Origin: an uncultured Chloroflexia bacterium
Lineage (GTDB): Bacteria; Chloroflexota; Limnocylindria; Limnocylindrales; CSP1-4
Assembly (NCBI GenBank): GCA_963724635.1
Contig: CAVRVI010000001.1
Coordinates: 16,678 to 80,677 of the forward strand
DNA length: 64,000 nucleotides
Direction of reading: 5' to 3'
Numbering within the stretch: position 1 is the stretch's first letter; each line of letters starts with the position of its first letter. The notes beneath the pieces were generated by a model, which saw only the letters and a list, made by a program, of their open reading frames with translations, did no database searches and was not told the DNA's origin. A program made the position numbers and the translations under genes. Of the stretch, positions 40,775-51,996 are shown in pieces.

Positions 40775-41789
40775 ATGCCAAGTCGCCACCAACCTGCCCC
40801 TGATCGCGGGGCGATCTGGCTCGGCATGCTGGTGCTATACGTGGTCTGGGGCTCCACGTATCTCGGGATCGCGATCGCGGTCGAGACGATCCCGCCGTTC
40901 CTCATGGCGGCGATCCGTTTCGTGCTCGCCGGGCTGATCCTGCTCACCTGGTCGGTCGCGCGCGGGGGACGTTCGTTCCAGGCCCCCAGCCGGCGCGAAT
41001 GGCGCGACAGCGCGATCGTGGGCGCCCTGCTCCTGGGCGGCGGGATGGGCATGGTCGCCTGGGGGGAACAGACGGTGCCGTCGGGGATCGCCGCCCTGCT
41101 CGTCGCGATGGTGCCGGTCTGGATCGCGATCTTCGGGCGCATCTTCCTGGGCGAGCGACTGCCCGCGACTGGCGGTCGCCGGGATCGCGATCGGGTTCGT
41201 CGGCGTGGCCGTCCTCGTCGGGCCGACCGCCCTGGGCTTCACCGGGTCGCTGGAGCCAGCCGGACTCGCGGCCATCATCATCTCCCCCATCTGCTGGTCG
41301 CTCGGCTCCCTGTTCGCCTCCCATCGGGCGAGTCTGCCGCGCCAGCCGCTCGTCGCGACGGGCGCCCAGATGCTGACCGGCGGCCTGGTGCTCGCGGCGA
41401 TGGGAGCGCTGGCCGGTGAGTTCGGGGCATTCGACCTCGCCGCGGTCTCGACCGATTCGTGGTGGGCGCTCCTGTACCTCACGGTCGTCGGCAGCCTGCT
41501 CGCGTTCACCACCTTCGGATGGCTGTTGCGCGTCGCACCACTCCCCCTCGTTGCGACGTATGCCTACGTCAACCCGGTGGTGGCAGTGATCCTCGGGGCG
41601 ATCGTCCTGCAGGAGCCGATCGAGCCCAGGACGATCGTTGCGGGCGCGATCATCGTGTTCGCGGTGGCGCTCATCGTCACGGCGCGCAGCCGGATGCAGG
41701 CCCCGCGCTCGCGCGACACCGTCACGTCTCCGCCAGCACCGTCCGGGTCACCCGTCGAGCCAACGCCATCGCGGTCAGCATCGGGTTGA
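40775..41789 (+). CDS. EamA/DMT transporter (indel near 41170)
   Basis: YVVWGSTYL, PPFLMAAIRF, YAYVNPVVAVILG. Confidence 0.88.
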
Positions 41790-43762
41790 CCCCAAGCCCG
41801 GTCGGGAACAGCGACGTGTCCGCGACGTAGAGGCCGCCGATGGGCGTGTCGTTGCGATCGCCGGCCCGGACCCGTCCGGCCAGGTCGCAGACATGGTCGC
41901 GCGGGTCGGCGCCCATCCGGGCCGTCCCCATCTGGTGGGCGGACAGCACGGTCCCCCGATTCGGGCTGAAATCGAAGACCGCGAGCTCAGCGAGATACCG
42001 CTGGAACGCGGTATCACCACCACCGGCTCCCGCGCGGAACCAGGCCGGCGACGTGCCGGCGGCCATGATGTCGATGGCCCCGCCGGCGCGCGCCATGCGC
42101 GCCATGCTGCCCAGGGCGTGCCGCAGGGTCGCCACACCGGTCCCGTCGAGTCGGTAGTCGATGCGGACGCGCCCCGCCCTGGTCATGGTCGTGCGTCCCT
42201 CGCCCCCGTCACGGGTGACCGCGACGAGGGCGCCGAGATGGCGCAGATCCCCGAGGATCGCGGCGTGCTGCGCGGCGCCCTCCCACGGCACCGCCAGGGC
42301 GACGAGACCGGGGTGCCCCGGAGCCGAATTCGATGACGTAGCCGGCCCGCCCGGGCACGGCGTCCACGAACTGGATCGAGCGGGCGCCCTGCATGGTCCC
42401 GCGCCACAGCTCGACGGGGTCGGGCATCCGGGTCAGGACGCCGGCGACCGGATGGATGCGCAGGTACCGCCCGATGGCCGGATGGCCAAGGCCGCTCCCC
42501 TGGAGGACCGCCGGCGTCCGCAACGCACCCGCCGCGACGACGACCTGCCGGGCGTGGACCCGCAGCGAACGGACCCGAACGCCGCCGGCGGCGGAGGAGT
42601 CCTCGATCGGCTCCCCGGTGACCGGATCCGGCACGAGGGCGAGGCCCTCCACGCCAACGGCGCGCCCACCCTCAAGGAGCACCCGCGTCACGCGGACCCT
42701 CGGCACGATCCGCGCACCCGCGGCGTGGGCCTGCGCGAGGTGGGCGCGGATCCCGCTTTGCTTGGCACCGCGGCGACAGCCGAACCCGCAACTGCCGCAA
42801 TCGTCGCAGCCAGTGCTGTTCCGACGGGTGGGTCCCGCCTCCCAGCCGAGCGCCGCTGCCCCCCGCAGGATGACCTGGTCCTTGGGCGGCACGTACGTCG
42901 TTTGGGTCACGCCCAGCTCCACCTCCAGGGTCGCGACGTCAGCGCCCCACGCCTCGTCGTCGCCGAGGTCGTCGAGGCCGTGCTCGACCCGCCAGGCGTC
43001 GCGGACGCTCGCCGGGGCCGCGATCGTCGTCATCCAGTTGACGAGCGTGCCACCACCCACGCCGGAGCCGGCGAGGAGCGTGGCCGCGCCGTCCCACGTC
43101 GCGAGCAGACCATGGTTGAGGTACAGCCGCGCGAACGCGTCCAGCTCGTTGTCCGGCATGGACGCCTCGTCGACGAATGGACCGGCCTCCAGCACCACGA
43201 CGGAGCGGCCGGCCGCGGCAAGACCGGCCGCCAGGACGCCGCCACCGGCGCCGGAGCCCACCACGACGACATCGGCGTCCAGGGTCATCGGTTCGTCGGG
43301 ATCTCCCTCTGCGAAGGGCAGGACGGTCGGGACGATCGACGTCCGCTCCACCGCGATCGGCGGCCATTCCGCCTGATAGCCGATCGCCGCGTGCCGGCGA
43401 TTCGGCGCGCCGTCCACACCGGGATCGGCGTAGGCCAGGAACGTCAGGAGCGTGCGCAGGCTCCCGAAGGCGGTCCGTCGCTGGGCGACGCGTGAGTGGG
43501 CCCAGCTCAGCAGGTATCGCTCACGGGCGGCTGACGACATGGCCGAGAACGGCGTGGGTCCAGCGCCCAGCGCCGCGTTCGCCGCCCGGGACTCCATGGC
43601 GCGCAGAACCAGTCGGAGCAGCCCCACCTGGCTCGGATCCGCCGCCCGCTCCAGGGCCTGGGTCACGAGCTGCGCGCGTCGTTCGCCGTCGTCGCCGGGC
43701 ACGAAGGTCGTGGCCAGGATGGCCAGCGTCGAGCGCTCGCGCGGGGTCCAGGATGGCGCCAC
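41722..43762 (-). CDS. GMC oxidoreductase, long-chain-alcohol-oxidase-like (indel near 42330)
   Basis: DVVVVGSGAGGG, VLEAG, GSGVGGGTLVNW, SAHQMGTARMG, ADTSLFPT..GVNP. Confidence 0.88.
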
Positions 43763-43975
43763 GGGTCCTCCAGCTCGTCGGTCCGGTCGCGGGAGCGTTC
43801 TCCCTCGGATACAGACCCGATGCGATCGGGTACGGGGCCGTCCGAGCCCTTGTCCCGGCGATCGACGGCTGCCTACGCTCACTGTGCGCCAGCGATGACG
43901 ATCCGTGCTGGTCATATCCGCCGGGCTCGTCCACCGACGGCGCCGCCCGCTCCCGAGCCAGCGAAGGAGTCGCCC

Positions 43976-45967
43976 GTGACCATCGAGGCCAGGCGGGACG
44001 GCGTGCGGCGCCGCCCGACGCGACGGACGGCGGACCCATCCGCCACGGAGCCAGCCTCGGGCTCTCCGGTCGCCCTCCAGGGCGTGATGGCCGACCCCGA
44101 CCTGGGGTCGCCCGCTCCCGCACTGCCCCTGACCCCGGCCCCGCTGGCCCGACACCTCGGCCGCATCCATGATCGTCACCGCCGGGCCAGCGATGGTGCG
44201 GTGGCCACCTACATCCCGCAGCTCGGCCGGGCCGATCCATCGTGGTTCGGGATCGCCGCGGTGACCCTCGACGGTCGCGTTCACGCGGTGGGCGATGCGT
44301 CGATCCCCTTCAGCGTCCAGTCGATCTCGAAGCCGTTGACCTACGGCCTGGTGCTCGACGACCTCGGCGAGGACGCCGTCCGGGCGCGGATCGGGGTGGA
44401 GCCGACGGGCGAGCCGTTCAATGCCATCACGCTGGCCCCGGGCACCGGGATGCCGCTCAACCCGATGGTCAATGCCGGGGCGATCACCGCGGCTGGCCTC
44501 GTCGGGACGCGTGACGGGCGCCCGCCGCTGCAGCACCTGCTCGACGGCTATGCGCGGTTCACCGGTCGCCCGCTCGCCATCGACCCGGCGGTCTTCGCCT
44601 CGGAGCGGGAGACCGGACATCGGAATCGGGCGATCGGTCAGCTTCTGCGCGCCTCGGGCGCCATCGATGGCGACCCGGACCTCGTCGTCGAGACGTACTT
44701 CGCCCAGTGCTCCGTGGCGGTCACCACGGAAGACCTCGCGGTCGTCGCCGCCACCCTGGCCAACGGCGGCGTGAACCCCGTGACCGGGGAGCGGGCACTC
44801 TCGGCGGGCGCGACCCAGGCCGTCCTCGCGGTCATGGCTTCGTGCGGCATGTACGACGGCGCCGGCGAATGGCTCTACGCGGTGGGCCTGCCCGCCAAGA
44901 GTGGCGTGTCTGGCGGCCTGCTGGTCGTCGTCCCCGGACAGCTCGGGTTCGCCATCTTCTCGCCGCCCCTGGATGCCAACGGGAACACGGTCCGTGGCGT
45001 GCGCGTCTGCCGTGACCTCGTGCGCGACCTCGGCCTGCATCCGCTCCGCGGCGACGGCCCGCGACCCGGACCGATCCGGGCGACCCATCGCCTGTCCGAG
45101 ATCAGCTCCAAGCGTGGTCGTTCCCCGGCCGAGCGGGCGGCCCTCGGGAGCATCGGGTCACGCTGTCTCATCGTCGAGCTGCAGGGCGCACTGACCTTCC
45201 TGGCGCCCGACGAGATCGCGGTGGTCGTTGACGAGGCACGATCAGACGCCGAGGGCCTGGACCTGCTGGTCCTGGACATGGGTCATGTGGAGCGGGTGGA
45301 TCCGGCGGCCGTGGACCTGCTGGGCAGCCTGCTGGCCGGTCTGTCGGCTGGGGGCCTCGAGATCGTCGTGGCGGGACGGCATCGGGTCGCCTCGTGCGCG
45401 GCCGCCATCGAGCGGGCCATCGCCCTCGAGGGCGGCGGGCTGCTGCTGACCGCCGACGACCTCGACACCGCGCTCGAGGTCGCCGAGGAGCGCCTGCTCG
45501 CGGCCGCCGATCTCCCGACCATCGCGAGCGTCCCGCTCACGGAACAGGCGCTCGTCCGGGGCCTCGACGACGACGGGCTGCTTGCCCTCGCCGAGCGCCT
45601 CGAGGTGCGTTCCTACCCGCAGGGATCGCGCATCGTCACACGGGGCGATGTCGCGTCCGGGCTGTTCCTCATCGAGCGTGGCCGGGCGAGCGTGACGGTG
45701 GACCTGCCCGGCGGTGGACGACGACGCCTCTCGACGCTGGGGCCCGGGATGACGTTCGGCGAGGCTGCCCTGCTCGATGGCGGGCATCGAACAGCCGACG
45801 TCCACGCCGACTCCGACGTCGTGTGCCGGATGCTCCCCAACGCCGCGTTCGACGCCCTGCTCATCGAACAGCCCGTCGTGGCGGCGACGATCCTGCGCAA
45901 CCTGTTGCGGACGGTCGGAGCGACCGCCGCGCGGTTGACCCGCGAGGTGGCCGTCCTCGCGAGCTAG
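43976..45967 (+). CDS. glsA: Glutaminase with C-terminal STAS and cNMP-binding domains
   Basis: YIPQL, FSVQSISKP, NPMVNAGAI, PAKSGVSGG; then STAS-like LDMGHVERVD and cNMP FGEAALLDGGHRTA. Confidence 0.9.
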   Translation: MTIEARRDGVRRRPTRRTADPSATEPASGSPVALQGVMADPDLGSPAPALPLTPAPLARHLGRIHDRHRRASDGAVATYIPQLGRADPSWFGIAAVTLDGRVHAVGDASIPFSVQSISKPLTYGLVLDDLGEDAVRARIGVEPTGEPFNAITLAPGTGMPLNPMVNAGAITAAGLVGTRDGRPPLQHLLDGYARFTGRPLAIDPAVFASERETGHRNRAIGQLLRASGAIDGDPDLVVETYFAQCSVAVTTEDLAVVAATLANGGVNPVTGERALSAGATQAVLAVMASCGMYDGAGEWLYAVGLPAKSGVSGGLLVVVPGQLGFAIFSPPLDANGNTVRGVRVCRDLVRDLGLHPLRGDGPRPGPIRATHRLSEISSKRGRSPAERAALGSIGSRCLIVELQGALTFLAPDEIAVVVDEARSDAEGLDLLVLDMGHVERVDPAAVDLLGSLLAGLSAGGLEIVVAGRHRVASCAAAIERAIALEGGGLLLTADDLDTALEVAEERLLAAADLPTIASVPLTEQALVRGLDDDGLLALAERLEVRSYPQGSRIVTRGDVASGLFLIERGRASVTVDLPGGGRRRLSTLGPGMTFGEAALLDGGHRTADVHADSDVVCRMLPNAAFDALLIEQPVVAATILRNLLRTVGATAARLTREVAVLAS

Positions 45968-48339
45968 GCGACCCCGGCGACGACCCCGGCCGTGGCACCG
46001 ACGTAGGCCGCCAGGTGCTGGCCGGTGAGCGTGGATCGCGCCGCCACGAGGTCGGCCGGCGGGCCCTCGAACACGATCCGACCGCCGTCGCGGCCGGCGC
46101 CGGGACCGAGATCGATGATCCAGTCCGCGTGCGCCATCACCGCCTGGTGATGCTCGATGACGATGACCGATTTGCCGGCGTCGACCAGCCGGTCGAGCAG
46201 GGCGAGCAGTTGCTGGACATCGGCGAGGTGGAGGCCGCTCGTGGGCTCGTCGAGGACGTAGATGCCGCCCTTCTCGCCCATGTGGGTGGCGAGCTTGAGT
46301 CGCTGCCGCTCGCCGCCGGACAGCGTCGGCAGCGGCTGGCCGAGGCGCAGGTATCCGAGGCCGACGTCGATGAAGCGCTGGAGGATCGTATGCGCGGCCG
46401 GGGTGCGCGCCTCACCGTCGCCGAAGAACGCCTCGGCGTCGCTCACCGACATCGCGAGCACCTCGCTGATGTCGCGTCCACCCAGCCGGTACTCCAGCAC
46501 GCTCGCCTCGTACCGCTTGCCTTCGCAGTCCTCACAGGTGGTGGCGACCGTGTCCATGAACCCGAGTTCGGTGTAGATGACGCCGGCGCCGTTGCAGGCC
46601 GGGCAGGCGCCTTCCGAGTTGGCGCTGAACAGCGCCGGCTTGACGCCGTTGGCCTTCGCGAAGGCGGTGCGGATCGGGTCGAGCAGGCCCGTGTAGGTCG
46701 CCGGGTTGCTGCGCCGTGAACCCTTGATCCCGCTCTGGTCGATCGACACCACGCCGTCCCGGCCCGCGACCGAGCCGTCGATGAGCGAGCTCTTGCCCGA
46801 TCCGGCCACGCCGGTCAGCACCACGAGCACGCCGAGCGGGATATCGACATCGACGTCCTGGAGGTTGTTCGTACTGGCGCCGCGCACCTCCAGCAGCCCC
46901 TTAGGCGTCCGAACCGATGGCTTCACGGACGCGCGGTCGTCCAGGTGTCGACCGGTCAGGGTCGGGCTGGCCCGGAGGCCCTCCACGCTGCCTTCGAACA
47001 CGACCTCACCGCCGCCGGTCCCGGCCCCGGGGCCAAGGTCGACGACGTGGTCGGCGATGGCGATGACCTCGGGCTTGTGCTCGACGACGAGCACGGTGTT
47101 GCCCTTGTCGCGCAGCCGTCGCAGGAGCCCGTTCATCCGGGTGATGTCGTGCGGATGGAGTCCGATCGTGGGCTCGTCGAAGACGTATGTGACGTCGGTC
47201 AGTGACGAGCCGAGGTGGCGGATCATCCGGGTGCGCTGGGACTCGCCGCCCGACAGCGTGCCCGACGGTCGATCGAGCGAGAGATAGCCCAGGCCGATCT
47301 CGACGAAGGAATCGAAGGTGTGCTGGAGGCCGGCGAGCAACGGCGCGACCGACGGCTCGTCCAGGCCGCGCAGCCACGCGGCAAGGTCGTCGAGCTGCAT
47401 CGCACAGGCGTCGGCGATGTTGATCCCATCGATCTTCGACGATCGGGCCGGCTCGTTGAGTCTCGTGCCGCCGCAATCGGGACACGAGGTGAAGGTCACG
47501 GCCCGCTCCACGAAGGCCCGGACATGCGGTTGGAGCGTGTCGATGTCCTTCGACAACATCGACTTCTGGATCCGCGGGATGAGCCCCTCGAAGGTCAGGT
47601 TGACCCCGTCGACCTTGATCTTGGTCGGCTCCTCGTGGAGCAGATGATCGAGCTCCTTCGGGGTGTAATCGCGGATCGGCTTGTCCATGTCGAAGCCGGC
47701 GCCCGCGAAGATGCGGCCGTACCAGCCGTCCATGCTGTAGCCGGGGACCTTGAGCGCGCCCCCGCTGAGCGACTTCGTGTCGTCGTAGAGCTGGGTCAGG
47801 TCCATGTCGTTGATGGACCCCATGCCCTCGCAGCGGGGGCACATGCCCCCGTGGTAGATCGCGTCGCGCACGACGATCCGCTCGCCCTTGCCGCGGTCGA
47901 CGGTCATCGCCCCGCTTGCCTTGCGCTGCGGGATGTTGAAGGAATAGGCCGTCGGCGGGCCGATATGGGGCTGCCCCAGGCGGCTGAAGAGCAGGCGCAG
48001 GAGCGCATTCGCATCGGTCGCGGTGCCGACGGTCGAGCGGACGTTCGCGCCCATCCGCTCCTGGTCGACGATGATCGCGGTCGTCAGCCCATCGAGCGCA
48101 TCGACGTCGGGGCGGGCCAGCGTCGGCATGAAGCCCTGGACGAAGGCGCTGTACGTCTCGTTGATCAGCCGCTGCAATTCCGCCGCGATCGTGCCGAACA
48201 CGAGCGAGCTCTTGCCCGAGCCGGAGACCCCCGTGAACACCGTCAGTCGGCGCTTGGGGATCTCGACGCTGACGTCCTTGAGGTTGTTCACCCGCGCGCC
48301 CTGCACGCGGATCAGATCGTGGCTATCGGCGGTGTCCAT
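45964..48339 (-). CDS. Class II UvrA / DrrC-like ABC ATPase
   Basis: Two ABC modules ([17 protein letters not shown]; [17 protein letters not shown]) and Zn fingers; 791 aa, shorter than canonical UvrA. Confidence 0.9.
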   Translation of the reverse strand: MDTADSHDLIRVQGARVNNLKDVSVEIPKRRLTVFTGVSGSGKSSLVFGTIAAELQRLINETYSAFVQGFMPTLARPDVDALDGLTTAIIVDQERMGANVRSTVGTATDANALLRLLFSRLGQPHIGPPTAYSFNIPQRKASGAMTVDRGKGERIVVRDAIYHGGMCPRCEGMGSINDMDLTQLYDDTKSLSGGALKVPGYSMDGWYGRIFAGAGFDMDKPIRDYTPKELDHLLHEEPTKIKVDGVNLTFEGLIPRIQKSMLSKDIDTLQPHVRAFVERAVTFTSCPDCGGTRLNEPARSSKIDGINIADACAMQLDDLAAWLRGLDEPSVAPLLAGLQHTFDSFVEIGLGYLSLDRPSGTLSGGESQRTRMIRHLGSSLTDVTYVFDEPTIGLHPHDITRMNGLLRRLRDKGNTVLVVEHKPEVIAIADHVVDLGPGAGTGGGEVVFEGSVEGLRASPTLTGRHLDDRASVKPSVRTPKGLLEVRGASTNNLQDVDVDIPLGVLVVLTGVAGSGKSSLIDGSVAGRDGVVSIDQSGIKGSRRSNPATYTGLLDPIRTAFAKANGVKPALFSANSEGACPACNGAGVIYTELGFMDTVATTCEDCEGKRYEASVLEYRLGGRDISEVLAMSVSDAEAFFGDGEARTPAAHTILQRFIDVGLGYLRLGQPLPTLSGGERQRLKLATHMGEKGGIYVLDEPTSGLHLADVQQLLALLDRLVDAGKSVIVIEHHQAVMAHADWIIDLGPGAGRDGGRIVFEGPPADLVAARSTLTGQHLAAYVGATAGVVAGVA

Positions 48340-48421
48340 GAAGGGGATGATAGGTTCGGCCCCGCGAGGGGCGCTTCTCCATTCCTGATGGATCGGGCCT
48401 TGGCGCCCTGTCGGCGACCGA

Positions 48422-48842
48422 TCAGGCGGGCTCGCCGGACGTCGGCGATGACCGCAGTCGCCTCGATCTCGATGAGGAACTCCGGGTCGGCCAGCCCGCG
48501 GACGAGGATCCAGGTGGCCGCCGGGCCGGTCCCCGCGCCGAACGCTTCGAGCAGGGCCTCGCCGACCCCGGTCAATGGGTCGCCACGTTCCGCGACGAGG
48601 TAGATCCGCAGCTCGACGACATCGGTGAGTCGTGCGCCGGCGGCCGTCAGGACGCGCTCCAGGTTGCGCAGGCTCATGCGCGCCTGCGTCGCGAGATCAC
48701 CCGCCCCGATGGCGCGCCCCGGGTCCCAGGCGACCTGACCGGAGATGTGGACGGTCCGACCCGCACCGGCCACGACGGCCTGCGAGAACCCGTGCGGGGT
48801 GCTGTCCCAGACGTCCGGCGGGTTGACGTAGCGATGGGCCAC
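48422..48842 (-). CDS. RidA/YjgF-family protein (end approximate; track ORF runs to 48312)
   Basis: FSQAV, ISGQV, LADPEFLIEIEATAV. Confidence 0.85.
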
Positions 48843-48876
48843 GGGCTGCTCCAGATCCGGCTCGGCGACCGTCGGC

Positions 48877-50085
48877 CTACGCGCTCGGCCGCTGCCAGCC
48901 CTGCGCGGGCCATGGCTCGCAACGAAGCGGCCGATCCTCGCGATAGCCGAGGGCGTAATCGGCCTGGATGAGCGTATGCAGCTGGCTCGTGCCCTCGTAG
49001 ATCACCGCGGCCTTGGAGTTGCGCAGGTAGCGCTCCACGGGAAACTCGTTCGAGTAGCCGTTGGCGCCGTGGATCTGGATGGCGTCGAGCGCCGCCTGCA
49101 CGGAGTGGTCCGTCGCGTGCCACTTGGCCAGCGACGTCTCACGGGTGTTGCGCAGGCCCTGGTTCTTGAGCCAGCCGGCGCGCCACACGAGCAGCCGACC
49201 GATCTCGGTGCCGCGGACCATGGTCGCGATCATCTGCTTGACGAGCTGGTGTCGCCCGATCTCCTCGCCGAAGGTCTGTCGCTCGTGGGCGTACTTGACG
49301 CTGGCATCGACGCACGCCTGGGCGAGGCCGACCGCACCGGCGGCCACGGTGTAGCGCCCCTGGTCGATGGCGGACATCGCGATGAGGAACCCCTCCCCTT
49401 CCTCACCGATCCGATTCTCGACCGGGACGCGCACGCCATCGAGATTGATGAGACCGGTGTTGCCGGCGCGGATGCCCAGCTTGCCGTGGAGCGTCCCGGT
49501 GGTCAGGCCGGCCATCCCGCGCTCCAGCACGAACGCGGTCACGCCCTTGTGCTTCTTCTCGCGATCTACGGTGGCGAAGACCAGGAAGTGGTCGGCCAGG
49601 TCGGCGAGGCTGATCCACAGCTTCTGGCCGTTGAGCACGTAGCTGTCGCCGTCACGACGCGCGGTGGTCTGGAGGGCCCCGGCATCGGTGCCGACGCCGG
49701 GCTCCGTCAACCCGAACGTCGCGACCTTCTCGCCGCGGGCCTGCGGGACGAGCCAGCGCTGGCGCTGCTCTTCGGTGCCCCACTGGAGCAGGGTCAGCGA
49801 GTTGAGGCCGACGTGCACGCTCTGGATGACCCGGAACGAGGTGTCGGCACGTTCCAGCTCCTCGCACAGGATCGCGAAGCTGAGGTAGTCCATCCCCGAC
49901 CCGCCGTACGCCTCCGGGATCGGGGCGCCCAGGAAGCCGCTTTCCGCCAGCTTTCCGAACAGCTCGCGGGGGAATCCGCCGTCCTCGTCCCAGCTCCGGA
50001 TGTGCGGCAGGATCTCCGCCTCGGCGAACGCCCGGACCGCGTGCTGGACGAGCTTGTTCTCGTCGGAGAGGGTGAAGTCGACCAT
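48877..50085 (-). CDS. Acyl-CoA dehydrogenase
   Basis: FGLTEPGVGTD, GQKLWIS, GKLGIRA, YEGTSQL. Confidence 0.93.
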   Translation of the reverse strand: MVDFTLSDENKLVQHAVRAFAEAEILPHIRSWDEDGGFPRELFGKLAESGFLGAPIPEAYGGSGMDYLSFAILCEELERADTSFRVIQSVHVGLNSLTLLQWGTEEQRQRWLVPQARGEKVATFGLTEPGVGTDAGALQTTARRDGDSYVLNGQKLWISLADLADHFLVFATVDREKKHKGVTAFVLERGMAGLTTGTLHGKLGIRAGNTGLINLDGVRVPVENRIGEEGEGFLIAMSAIDQGRYTVAAGAVGLAQACVDASVKYAHERQTFGEEIGRHQLVKQMIATMVRGTEIGRLLVWRAGWLKNQGLRNTRETSLAKWHATDHSVQAALDAIQIHGANGYSNEFPVERYLRNSKAAVIYEGTSQLHTLIQADYALGYREDRPLRCEPWPAQGWQRPSA

Positions 50086-50147
50086 GGCGGCATCCTACGC
50101 GGCCTCGCGAGACGTCGCCGCGATGTTGCGGCCGATACACTCCGGCC

Positions 50148-51423
50148 ATGGACATCGCCCCGAATCTGACGCCGGTGCTGGGCCGCTATTTCCAGCGTGA
50201 ATGGAGCCACGGGCAGGGTCATCGGCTCGTCGATACCGACGGCAAGGCCTACCTGGATTTCGCCAACGGGATCGCCGTCACGGCGCTCGGCCACACCCAT
50301 CCCCGGGTGACCGCGGCGATCCACGCCCAGGTCGATCGACTCATCGGGCCGATCTCGGCCATCGGCTTCACCGAGCCGATCTCGCGCCTTGCTACGGAGA
50401 TCGCGGCCACGTTCCCCGATCCGCTCGACTCCGTACTGTTCCTGAATTCGGGGTCGGAAGCCATCGATGGCGCGCTCAAGCTGGCCCGACGGGTCACCGG
50501 CCGGCCCGGGATCATCGCGTTCCGCGGCGGCTTCCATGGCCGGACCTGGGGCGCCACCTCGGTGACGAGCTCGGCACTGAACTACCGGACCGGCTACGAG
50601 CCGTTGCTGCCCGGCGTCCACCTCACGACGTACCCGGCCGCGTATCGCGGGTTCGGTGGCGACGACCAGGCGGCCGTCTCAGGGGCGATGCACGACCTGC
50701 GCGCCCTGACGTCGAGCGTGATCCCGCCGTCGGCGGTCGCGTCCATCCTCATCGAGCCGGTCCAGGGCGAAGGCGGCTTCACCCAGGCGCCGCCCGCGTT
50801 CCTGCGTGAGCTCCGGGCGTTCTGCGACGAGCACGGGATCCTGCTGATCACGGACGAAGTGCAGTCCGGCTATGGCCGCACCGGCAGGATGTGGGCGTTC
50901 GAGCACGCCGGGATCGTGCCGGACGTGGTGGTCCTGGCCAAGGCGGTCGCCAATGGCCTGCCGCTCTCGGCGATCGTCTCGTCGCGCGAGCTGCAGGAGC
51001 GCTGGGGCCGAGGCGCGCATGGCTCCACCTATGCCGGCAATCCTGTGGCGTGCGCGGCCGGGCTCGCGGTCCTCGAGACCATCCGCGAGGAGGGCCTGCT
51101 CGCGAATGCCGTCGCCCGTGGCGCCGAACTGAAGGCCGGTCTGGAACGCATCGCGGCCGAGGATGACCGGATCGGGGACGTGCGCGGACCGGGGCTGATG
51201 ATCGGCGTGGAATTCGTGCGCGACCGGACGACCCGCGAACCGGACGGCGACCTGCCCGATCGATTGATGGCCGCGACGGCCGACGCCGGCCTGCTCGATC
51301 CTCACCTGCGGCCGACAGCACGAGGTGGTCCGCTGGATCCCGCCACTCGACGTATCGGCGGCCGAGATCAGCGAGGCGGTCGAGATCTTCGGCGAGACGC
51401 TGGCGTCGATGCCGCGGGCCTAG
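50148..51423 (+). CDS. Class III PLP aminotransferase, GABA/putrescine-type (indel near 51300)
   Basis: NSGSEA, GGFHGRT, IEPVQGEGG, DEVQSGYGRTG, LAKAVANG, HGSTYAGNP. Confidence 0.92.
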
Positions 51424-51574
51424 GTTTGACCGTGCCCGGAGTCGGGCGGCCCAGCGGACCGGCGACCCGCACGCCGGGCACGCAACGAGCGCTCGGGGAG
51501 GGCCGAGCGCTCGGAGAAGCGTCGCAGATACGGGAGCCGGCGGCCGCCCCAGCGGCGCCGGCGATCAGCGTTGC

Positions 51575-51769
51575 CTAGCGGTTCTGGGCCAGGAACTTCA
51601 TCACGTCGTCGAGGCGAAAGCGGCGATCGCCTCGCTTGCAGACGCGATAGAAGGGCAGCTCACCACGGTCGCCCAGGCGCTTCACCGTGTTGACATGCAG
51701 GTGGAGCATCTCGGCGACCTCGGTCGCAGTGAGCATCGGTCCCAGTTCATTGACGGCCATCGATGCCAT
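51575..51769 (-). CDS. Small BldC/excisionase-like HTH DNA-binding protein
   Basis: MLTATEVAEMLHLHVNTVKRL...GELP..R...GDRRFRLDDV. Confidence 0.85.
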   Translation of the reverse strand: MASMAVNELGPMLTATEVAEMLHLHVNTVKRLGDRGELPFYRVCKRGDRRFRLDDVMKFLAQNR

Positions 51770-51810
51770 GTGGTCGTTGCCTCAGTTCTGCGCACTTCTC
51801 GGCGGTTCCG

Positions 51811-51919
51811 GTTCCCTGGGGTACTCAGGGGTAGGGTCCGGCCCGCTGCGAGGCAGACTGTAGGAGTCGCTCAGGGCACCCTCCAAGCCGTACTTTGGGG
51901 TAGCCGCCAGTACCACGAC
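51811..51919. repeat. Helically phased GTA(C/G) direct repeats upstream of the HTH gene
   Basis: GTA at 51821, 51831, 51860, 51890, 51900 and 51910. Confidence 0.5.
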
Positions 51920-51996
51920 CCCCGAAAGCTCGCGTTCTGAGCGTGGGATGCGCACCGTCGGCCATTCCCCGGACCGCCGCCCGCCGGGTCCGGCGG

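Noticed and set aside
41722-41789. Convergent overlap of the EamA and GMC 3' ends (and RidA ORF into uvrA, 48312-48339) as antisense regulation
   Set aside because: Short overlaps are common at high GC, and the stop positions are uncertain given the indel rate.
51575-51769. Excisionase indicating a prophage or ICE
   Set aside because: It is flanked by an aminotransferase and kdp genes, with no integrase, att site or phage genes.
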